A stretch of 64,000 nucleotides of DNA, from NCBI RefSeq assembly GCF_006345805.1, contig NC_043025.1, positions 372,001 to 436,000 on the forward strand, written 5' to 3'. Of this stretch, positions 53,749 to 64,000 are shown piece by piece. Positions within the stretch are counted from its first letter, which is position 1. Every line of letters begins with the position of its first letter. Source of the stretch: Octopus sinensis. Its lineage: Eukaryota. The notes under the pieces are model-generated. The model saw only the letters and a list, made by a program, of their open reading frames with translations. It was not told the origin of the DNA and made no database searches. The position numbers and the translations under genes were made by a program.

Positions 53749-55003
53749 GTGGGAGGCCGTGGTCTTTTGCAACTGGCAATAACAATGAAGATTGCTACAA
53801 TTGGCCTAGACACCTACCTGAAAAACTCTGAAGACTGGATGTTAAAACTTGTCTCAAAACATGAAAACAAAACAGGTCACAAAACAGGCAATGGAATATC
53901 TAAGTGAATTCCGAATACAACCAATTTCGGAATTAGAGATAGTCATACAAGAAACAAGCACAGAAAAAGCTAGGCGCATGAAAACCCGTGCCAAAACTGC
54001 GGCCTTAGATATTCTGAATAATAAATGGCAAGAAAAAACCTCTCTATGGCAAATACCCAAAGAGAGCGAATAATGCAGATATTGACAAAGCCCTGACCCA
54101 TCAATGGCTAATGGCCTCTGGCTTAAAATCTGAAACAGAGGGGTTTATCATAGCAGCTCAAGATCAATGCCTACCAACAAGAAACTACCAGGCCAACATA
54201 TTAAAGAACGGCAGTAGCCCAACATGTCGTGTATGCCGACAACAAAATGAAACCATTGATCATGTGGTCTCCAAGTGCAGTCTTCTAGCGCCTACAGAGT
54301 ATCTCAACAGGCACGATAGAGCTGCACAATATATTCACTGGGTAATTTGCAAAAACCTGGATTTGCCCCATGAAAAAAACTGGTGGGAACACAATCCACC
54401 TCCAGTGCTTGAAAATGACCACATCTCACTCCTCTGGAACTTCACCATTCAAACTGACAGGAAGATAGATGCAAATAGGCCAGACAACATATTGAAAGAC
54501 TTCAGACAAAGAACATGCCTCCTCATTGATATGACTGTCCCAATCGATATAAACGTATCTGTCAAGACCTACCAAAAACTGAGCAAATATAAAGATCTTG
54601 AAATAGAAATCAACAAAATGTGGAAGCTGAAGACTAAAACAATACCTGTTGTCATAGGTGCCCTGGGAATGATAGCGAAAGGAACTGATTGCTACCTAAC
54701 TCAGATACCAGGAAACCCCAAAATGGCAGAAATTCAAAAGATAGTGCTCATGGGAACTGCTCATATCCTACGCAAAATACTCTCTATGTAATCCCAAGGT
54801 TTAAAACAAACTTTTTTTTATTTAATTATTTTTTTTTAAATTTTATTTATTTATTTTTTAAAAATTTTATTTTTATGTATTAGACATTCACTAGTACAAC
54901 ACCAAAAAAAAGCTCCAAATATATGGCACAGAACTTCCAACCTGTTGTCTCTTGAGGTCTCTGGGTGAGACTTGGAGCCAACTTGTACAGACATAAAGCA
55001 AAA
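53746..55003 (+). mobile_element. R4/Dong-like family C, 3' fragment
   Basis: GGRGLLQL, CRVC, RHD, RPDNILKD...KYKDL; (AAT)n flanks. Confidence 0.85.
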
Positions 55004-55018
55004 GTAATAATAATAATA

Positions 55019-55063
<45 letters not shown>

Positions 55064-55066
<3 letters not shown>

Positions 55067-55466
55067 CACAGATTTGCTTGTCAGTTGTTTGACCTTAACC
55101 AGTTGACCATGTCCCTTAGTGGCTGATGATCTCTGATCACGAGCAGAAGCAGTGGGGGAGCATCATAGCCATGTATAGAGAGGGATTCTTTGGGGTTTGA
55201 ATAATTCACCTCTGCAAACATGGGTGTTTCGTTCAACATCCTTATTCAGGGGCCTTTTGAGCGGGATGGGTTACTCGACCAGAAGAAAATTCTAACTGGG
55301 CCCCAACTGCAATCTCATGTGCTGTTTATCTTGATATGGGATGACCATGTCGCGCACATATGGTCGTAGTGCATGTGCCTAGTGCACCCTTCTCAGACGG
55401 GTGGTCATGATGGGTATACTAGGCTTCGTATATTTTACCCCGGTGTCTCTTTGATGGCATGCGCTT
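55064..55466 (+). mobile_element. Non-coding SINE-like element in (AAT)n, copy 1
   Basis: Similar to 55603-56079; AAT flanks. Confidence 0.6.
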
Positions 55467-55602
55467 AATAATAATAATAATAATAATAAAATTAATAATA
55501 ATAATGATAAGGACTCTCACTCAATAACAGCAATAATAATAATAATAATAATAATGATAATAATAATAATAATAATAATAATGATAATAATAATAATAAT
55601 AA

Positions 55603-56079
55603 ATTCTTGGTATAAAAGATGGGCTACAGCAAATATTCTGCTCAATACCACAGATTTGCTTGTCAGTTGTTTGACCTTAACCAGTTGAGCATGTCCCTTA
55701 GTGGCTGACGATATGTGCATCTCTGATCACGAGCAGAAGTAGTGGGGGAGCATCATAGCCATGTGTTGAGAAGGATTCTTTGGGGTTTGAATAATTCACC
55801 TCTGCAAACATGGGTGTTTCGTTCAACGTCCTTAAACAACCCTTTTTCAGGGACCTTTTGAGCGGGATGGGTTACTCGATCTGAAGAAAATTCTAACTGG
55901 GCCCTACCTGCAAGGTCATGTGCTGTTTATCTTGATATGAGATCACCATGTCGCGCACATATGGTTGTGATGCATGTGCCTGGTGTACCCTTATCAGACG
56001 GGTAGTCATGATGGGTATACTGGGCTTCGTATATTTTACCCCAGTGTCACTTTGATGGCAAGCTCTGCTCGCTCACTCA
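55603..56079 (+). mobile_element. Non-coding SINE-like element in (AAT)n, copy 2 (longer 5' end)
   Basis: Similar to 55064-55466; AAT flanks. Confidence 0.6.
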
Positions 56080-56439
56080 ATAATAATAATAATAATAATA
56101 ATAATGATAATTACTATTATTGTAAGAACACTAGTGTTCTACATTTGGACATAGAAACGATCATCTTTAGAAAATTTAAAACTTCAATACCTACAATTTT
56201 CTATGAAAATTTTACCCTTTTTTCCTCCCTGACTACTCGAATATGTAAATATACCTTTTATTGCAACAAACCAAACGTATGATATAAATAAAGGAGATCA
56301 GCACTTGCCAATTTATACAAAGTGCACAATTACGAAAACTATAAACCACAGAAAAATCTATAAAAAGAAAAGGAAAATATAAAAGATCCTCACCCTCAAA
56401 TCCACCGAAATTCAAAACTTCAGTGATGTATATATATAT

Positions 56440-56497
<58 letters not shown>

Positions 56498-56498
<1 letters not shown>

Positions 56499-56775
56499 TA
56501 TTTTATTTGCTTCAGTCATTTGACTGTGGCCATGTTGGAGCACCGACTTTAGTCAAGCAAATCGACCCCAGGACTTATTCTAGTATTTATTCTATAAGCC
56601 TAGTACTTATTCTATCGGTCTCTTTTGCCGAACCGCTAGGTTCGGGGACGTAAACACACCGGCATCGGTTGCCAAGCGATGTTGAGGGGACAAACACAGA
56701 CACAGACACACAGACACACACATACATACATACACACGTACATACATACATACATACATACATACATACATACTC

Positions 56776-56826
<51 letters not shown>

Positions 56827-57000
56827 TACATACATATATACGACGAGCTTCTTTCAGTTTCCGTTTACCAAATCACTCACAATGATTTGGTCGGCCCGAG
56901 GCTATAGTAGAAGACACTTGCTCAAGGTGCCACGCAGTGGGTCTTAACCCGGAACCATGTAGTTCGTAAGCAAGCTACTTAACACACAGCCGCTCCTACG
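56498..57000 (-). mobile_element. tRNA-derived CORE-like SINE with internal microsatellite
   Basis: GAAGACACTTGCTCAAGGTGCCACGCAG core; same family as 7035-7465. Confidence 0.75.
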
Positions 57001-57033
57001 CCTATATATATATATATATATATAATTATATAT

Positions 57034-57124
<91 letters not shown>

Positions 57125-57535
57125 ATATTCTTTCTTTCTCTCCGTTGTAGCTGAACAAGGAAGACGTGTTTTTGTCTGTCTCCTGTCCAAGCCTGATTTA
57201 CATGTTAGCCACCACAACCTTGTTTAGGCTTATCAGCCCTTCCTGTTTGTTTTACTGTCCTATTTGTGTTACCAATTTTGAGCCTCCGGAAAATCCCAAA
57301 TTTGATTTAATTTGCTTTGCGGGTGTGACTGTTTTATCGAAAGCGTATATTATTGTTAAATTCTCGAAATACGAGATTTGAAAAACACCCAACAACTGAT
57401 GAGGGGTCGTTCTATGTGTTGTTTGTCTTGTTTTCCACTTGTGTCTTTCGTTGTTCGAAAAAATACTTCATAGTCCAAGTACTCGTACTTCGTATTTTTT
57501 GTTGTACATGTTACATGTGGCCTGTACCCACATAT

Positions 57536-57581
<46 letters not shown>

Positions 57582-57644
57582 ATAGAGATGTAGTGTGACA
57601 TATACGCATGTATATATGCATATATATATTATTTATATTATTAC

Positions 57645-57712
<68 letters not shown>

Positions 57713-58499
57713 ATTATTATTATCATTATTTTTCTATCAATATTAAAACAGAAGGTGAACTGTTTCTTTCCAATGCCAAGTTCAGCGCTCTCATTGATCG
57801 CTGGTTGTAGTAAACACATTTGAAGTCTGTTGACTGCAAGCGTGTGACGTTTCTTTTGTTCCTGATCGCACAGGAATGCGAGGCTCCATTGCTGATCTCC
57901 TCCTCACCATTTACAGACTTGTGGAATTTGGTCCATTTACCAGCTGCTTCTCTTTCTCCTACTATCTCCTCAAACCCATACATATTTATGTTTATCTCAA
58001 GTACAAGACAAACGTGGAAGTTAAACAACATTTAAGGAGCAAAGATGGCATCTCAAGACGGTTACAATACCAGTGATTGTAGAAGCACTTGGGACGATCA
58101 AAAATGGAACTGAAAATTATTTGAGAATGATACCTGGATTACCATCCCCGCAGGAAGCGCAAAAGATTGTCTTAACTGGTATGTCACACGTATTGAGAAG
58201 AGCATTGTCGATGTGAAATTTCTTTCCCGTTTTGTCCTATATTTTTTCTGTTTACTGTTATATTTTATATCTTTTCTTCTATTTTTCTATCACATGACTT
58301 TGTAGCTGAACAATTTTGTGTGATTGTTTTAAAGGCCTAAAAGTATACAATACGTTTTTCTGCCCCAGTGTCAGGAAGGCACTCAGCAAGAGAAGGAAAC
58401 AGAATTGAAAGAAGATAATAATGAAATTGATAATATAATAATAATAATAATATAATAATAATAATAATAATATAATAATATAATAATAAAATAATAATA

Positions 58500-61400
58500 C
58501 GGACATGGATGGTCACTTGAACGGGAAATCCCCCAACTCGAGCCCTCCAAGTTCACCACCACAACCACCACAGAAAAAAATGTAAGCGGAAAATGGACCC
58601 GAGAAGAGTATAAAGAAGTAATATACGCTTATTAATATGCATTAGGTAGGCCATCTCAAGAGAGACACACCGCAAACTCTTACAGTATATGGAGAACACG
58701 GAATCAAGACAGTAGGACCTATTTGGATGAGAACAAATTAGCAAATGTGAGGAGGGATATCCTTAGAAATAACAGACTCACAGACAGTGAAATAAGCGCG
58801 ATCAAGCACGCAACGGAAAATGACATAAATATAAGACACAAAGGAAATGAAGAATCAGATGAACAGTATAGCCCGCCACGAGGCTTAATTGAAAGACTGC
58901 CATCTGACCAAAGTACGCAAAGGCCTGAAGATACAAGAAATTCTATTGTACCTGTTAAGATAGCCAGGAAAACGAAAAAACAACAGTAACTGAAGATCTC
59001 GCATTTGCTGAAGAACACAGAGAGTCTATGGCAGAAATGAAGCAGAAAATCCTGAATACGCTTGAAGTTGTAAGACATACAAGTATGAATGATAGAGAAT
59101 CACTTCATAAACTCTCAAATACAAACCAAAATAAAAACAAATCCAAATTGGCAACTATGTAACAAATGAAATAATACGAGAATTAAAACCTGATTTTACT
59201 GAGTTAAATGAAATTATTTACGCTTCTGCTAGGGCAATTGAACCAGCTGTATGCTCCCGAAAAAACAAAGAAAACAAAACCTGGGAAGAAATCAACCTGG
59301 AGAAGTAAAATTGAAAAAGAGATTGAATTTATGAGAGGGGAAATATCAATATTAAATGAACTAATATGTGGAAATGATGTAAGATCCAGAACAGGAAGAA
59401 AGATGAAGAGAAAATTCGGATCCTCACCAAGAGAAGAACTGATATCAATAAAAGAAACGCTGAAACAAAAAGTCCAAGCAAAAGCCCAAAGAATACGAAG
59501 ATTTGAGAAGAGAAACAAGTTTTACAAGCAAAATAAGCTGTTCACATCCAATGCCAAAAAATTCTACAGAGAAATAGGGAAGGAGAAAGTAACCGTTAAA
59601 GACCCCCCCCTCCCATGGAAGAAGTTCAAAACTTTTGGAAAAGGAGTTGGAGTGACAAGAAGACGTACAACATAAATGCAGACTGGATGATACAAACTGA
59701 AGGATCCTACCAAAATTTACAACAACAAGCATGGGAAGACATCACAATAACAGACCTAAGAAAGGCACTCACGAAGGCCCATAATTGGAAATCCCCCGCT
59801 AGTTCAGCTGTTCAATGGAATTATGAGAGACCCAAAGAAAACACCTGAATGGTTAGCAAGTGGCATTACTTACCTACACCCAAAGAATAACGAAACCAAC
59901 CTTCCAAAAAACTATCGGCCTATAACATGTCTATCCACCACGTATAAAATCCTAACATCTATCCTGGCGGAGAAAACATATGCATTCATGGAGAAGAACG
60001 ATATTTTCCCCTTTGAACAAAAAGGGTGCCGCTGAGGCTCTTACGGATGCAAAGATCAACTGCTAATCAATCGTATGATCCTTGAGAACTGTCACAACAA
60101 GCGCAGAAATCTCAGCACCGCATGGATTGACTATAAAAAGGCCTTCGACAGTATACCGCATCCATGGATCTTGAGATCGCTGGACATCTTCAAAATTTCC
60201 CCTGTGATTTCAAACTTCCTGAAGCACAATATGTCTTTGTGGAATACGAATCTCCACTTATACTACTCTAATGGAGTACTTGCCTCAGAAAATATAAACA
60301 TCAACTGTGGAATTTTTCAAGGTGACTCACTTTCACCTTTAATATTCTGCATAGCCCTAATACCCCTTACAAGTGAATTAAACAGAACAGGGTATGGGTA
60401 TAAAATTGCCAATAAAAAAATAAGCCATCTATTTTATATGGATGACTTAAAACTCTATGGTAAAGACAATAATGAACTTGAACGCCTATTGCGCACCGTG
60501 AAAGCATTCAGCGATGACATCGGGATGGAGTTTGGACTTGAGAAGTGTGCCAAGGCCACTTTCCAGAAAGGGAAAGTGAAGACCACAAATTCAGTCGTGT
60601 TAGATGTTGACACAGTCATAAGAGAGCTTGAGCAAGAACAAACATACAAATATTTAGGGATAAATGAAGGTTCTGGTATTCAGCATGCAAGCATGAAAGA
60701 GAATATCATGAAAGAGAAGGAATGTTATAGGAGAGTTCGTGCAGTCCTGAAATCTGAACTAAATGCACGTAACAAGGTGTTAGCTATAAATTCCTTAGCA
60801 GTTCCAGTTGTTACTTATAACTACAAGGTGTTGAACTGGAATATGAGTGAAGTAAAGAATATAGACAGGAAAATACGCAAGCTGTTGAGTTGTAATAGGA
60901 TGCACCACCCAAAGGCAGACGTAGATCGCCTTTACCTTCCCAGAGCCCAAGCAGGCCGAGGCCTGATCCAATTTGAACTAGCTTACAAAACAACCACAAT
61001 TGGACTGGCCAATATCTTGAATTAAACGAATGACTGGATGCTAAAGCTCGTGGAAAGTCACGAGAGACGAAAGAAGCTTCATTCTATCATAAAGAAAGCA
61101 AAAAATTTGCTATTGATCTCGTGCAGGATACCCAAACTGAACAACCCGAGGGAAGTACGGCAACTATTGTTGCAAAGAAGGTGAAAGTAATGGCAACGAA
61201 AAAAGCGCACGAGCAATTGACTGATAGGTGGGAGGAGAAACCTCTGCACGGCAAATATGTGACCCGCAGCAAACAAGCTGATGTTGACCAGAAGCAAACC
61301 CATCAGTGGCTACGGAGCTCAGGGCTAAAAGCAGAGAGCGAAGGTTCATCCTGGCTGCTCAAGATCAAAGCCTATTAACCCGGAACTACCAGGCCAATGT

Positions 61401-62153
61401 AATGAAAATGGAGCAGACCCAAAATGCCGATTCTGCAATGACATGATTGAAACAGTGGACCACCTAATCTCTGGATGTAAAGTCTTAGCACCAGTGGAGT
61501 ATAAATTAAGACATGACAGAGTTGGCCAATATCTCCACTGGCTAATAAGTCGGCATTACAATATCAAAACTGCCGACAAGTGGTATAATCACCACCCTGA
61601 GGCTGTAACTGAAGGAGAAAATGTAACGATTCTGTGGGACTTTCCAGTACATACAGACCGAACCACCAAAGCCAATAAACCAGATATTGTTGTGAAAGAC
61701 AAAAACAATAAAGTTTGGTTATTGATCGACATGAGCATCCCCTGTGATCATAATATCTCGGCGAAAGAATTTGACAAGCTCAGAAAATATAAAGACCTGT
61801 TCATTGAAATTGAGAAAATGTGGCATCTCAAGGCCGTTACAATACCAGTAATCGTAGGAGCACTAGGAATGATCAAGAAGGGAACCGAAAATTATATGAG
61901 AATGATCCCTGGCTTACCATCCCTGCAAGAAGTGCAAAAGATTGTCTTAACTGGTACATCACACGTATTGAGAAGAGCATTGTCGATGTGAGAACTGTTG
62001 CTGCTCATGTATTTTAATTTAACCTTAAAAAAAAAAATGAACGAACTATTGAGTTTGGTTTAATGGCCTACCAATGTATACTATGAGTTTCTTTGCCCTA
62101 GGAGTCGGGAAGACGCTCGGCAAGAAATGGAAGCAAATTTGAAAGAAGAAGAA
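58500..62153 (+). mobile_element. Near-full-length R4/Dong-like LINE, family B (~3.65 kb)
   Basis: N-terminal KWTREEYK...NKLANVRRDI, RT, CCHC, RHD, KPDIVVKD RLE, 3' UTR; (AAT)n on both sides; broken into several frames. Confidence 0.9.
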
Positions 62154-62435
<282 letters not shown>

Positions 62436-62454
62436 GCAAAAAAAGAGAAGTAAT

Positions 62455-62850
62455 GAGACCAGAAAAATATTGAGCGACACCGATAGGCTGTACTTGTCCA
62501 AACGAAAGGGTGGGAGAGTTTTGATCAGTTGCCAGGACTGTATCGAAGCAGAGGAAAACAGCTTACGGTGTCATAAACAGATGTCGTAGTTTCCAAATTA
62601 TTACAGGGTACCATGGCGAAGTGGAATTCACGTCTCTTTCTAAACCATAGTAATGGGATGAGCCAATCTAATAACATCAACATTGAACGAGACATCTCTC
62701 AAAGGTGACTCCTTCAACCCATTACTCTTTTGCATGCCATTGATCCCACTCTCAAACGAACTGTGTAACACCAGGCATGGGTTCAAAATGTATAATATAG
62801 TAAATCATCTGTTTTATATGAACGATCTGAAGCTGTCTACAACTGGTAAA
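62455..62850 (+). mobile_element. Old R4/Dong-like RT fragment
   Basis: KGDSFNPLLFC...HLFYMNDLKL. Confidence 0.65.
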
Positions 62851-62889
62851 AAGAAAAAGAAAGAAAAAGGAGGAAAAAGAAAAGAAAAG

Positions 62890-63795
62890 AGAAAAGAATA
62901 GAGAAGAATCAAACAATTTTGTGTAAATATGATGGGATTCTCCTGTCATTTTAGTCATTCCTCCTGGGCGCGATGTTAATAACACGCAAACATATTTCTT
63001 CTCATGCATTTTGAGTATTAAACGTGTAGCAAATTCAGAATATTTTCTGAGAATACGCACTTTCAAGTCTTTTTCAAAATTGCATCCGTTTACAGCAAAA
63101 TGTTCGGCAAGTTCTGTCGAACTACTGTCATTGTGCCTGACGTCATATCTGTGCCCATTAAATATTTTGTTTAATTGTTCTGTTGTACAACCAACATAAA
63201 TAAAGTTGTCTTTCGTGCATTCTGCCGCGTACACCAAATGGGAATCTCTACATGTCCCACCTTGTGTATAAATTATAGCATTTCTGTTGTGATTCCTGAT
63301 GGAATTCACTTGACACATGTTGCACAATGAACAAGCTTTTCCTCTCTTGCGGCTGTTTTTAAAGGAACAGCGTGCAGAAGAAGAGGTTAATAGTTCTCTT
63401 ATATTCTTATCTCATCTAAACACTACAATAGGCGGCTGAGGAAATATTTGTTTGAAACGAGGATAAGTTTCCGCAACATGTTGGTAACTTTCATGCAACA
63501 CTTTTGAAATGCCAGCGAAATTTCGGTGTCAGTTAATTACTAAATGAATTATGTCACATATTGTACTAAAGTTGTTTGCTAAAATTATTCGTGAAAGTTA
63601 GACTTTCTTTGCTAATCTTAGCTATCTCATTTGCTATTTGCTTTTATCGTGATTCACTGTAACCGCGTTTGACATAATGGTGTACAAGAGCATTTGCATG
63701 TTTCCAGAAACTCCTCCCTTGTCTGTACAATCCCCATTTATCCGCAAAAATTGGGAATTCGGATTTGACTGAATTATATGATGTGGATGATCAGA

Positions 63796-63800
<5 letters not shown>
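62890..63800 (-). mobile_element. Penelope-like element remnant with GIY-YIG endonuclease
   Basis: CNMC...HLVYAAEC...IYVGCT...FNGH...LAEHF (ORF 62752-63327). Confidence 0.8.
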
Positions 63801-63838
<38 letters not shown>

Positions 63839-63848
63839 TTATCAACCA

Positions 63849-63922
<74 letters not shown>

Positions 63923-63965
63923 GTACCTACCTACCTACCTACCTACCTACCTACCTATCTGTCTG

Positions 63966-64000
<35 letters not shown>
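63797..64000. repeat. (CT)n/(TATC)n/(TACC)n microsatellites
   Basis: Direct reading. Confidence 0.95.

Larger units (their letters stand above)
40390..58415. repeat. Segmental duplication copy B
   Basis: Collinear with 13990-33315, with copy-specific insertions and a deletion. Confidence 0.9.

Noticed and set aside
57395-57470. CTGATGA...CGAAA hammerhead-like motif
   Set aside because: No convincing stem II or stem III pairing

Overview
Repeat-dense animal genomic DNA, most likely octopus (inferred from SINE families I recognise and the AT-rich microsatellite load). Most of the window is decayed or nested transposons: R4/Dong-like RLE LINEs stacked in (TAA)n arrays, Tx1/L1-, CR1-, CRE- and RTE-like LINEs, Penelope-like elements, mariners, SINEs and a MITE. 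There is a 100-N gap at 3705-3804. Hidden in this is one spliced minus-strand host gene with four exons joined by phase-1 introns (37821-37890, 37018-37275, 25808-26038, 15215-15405). It encodes a ~250-aa signal peptide + 3x PAN/apple-domain protein. As assembled it has an in-frame TAA in the signal peptide and probably a 1-nt frameshift truncating the last PAN domain. The ~14-33 kb segment is tandemly duplicated at ~40-58 kb with patchwork identity. The paralog keeps the terminal PAN exon (43087-43277; 10 nonsynonymous vs 1 synonymous difference) but lost the middle PAN exon through a ~3.5-kb deletion. The introns hold long fold-back palindromes followed by hammerhead-ribozyme-like cores. Homopolymer under-calling is evident, so some frameshifts may be assembly artefacts. 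All percent identities are by-eye estimates.
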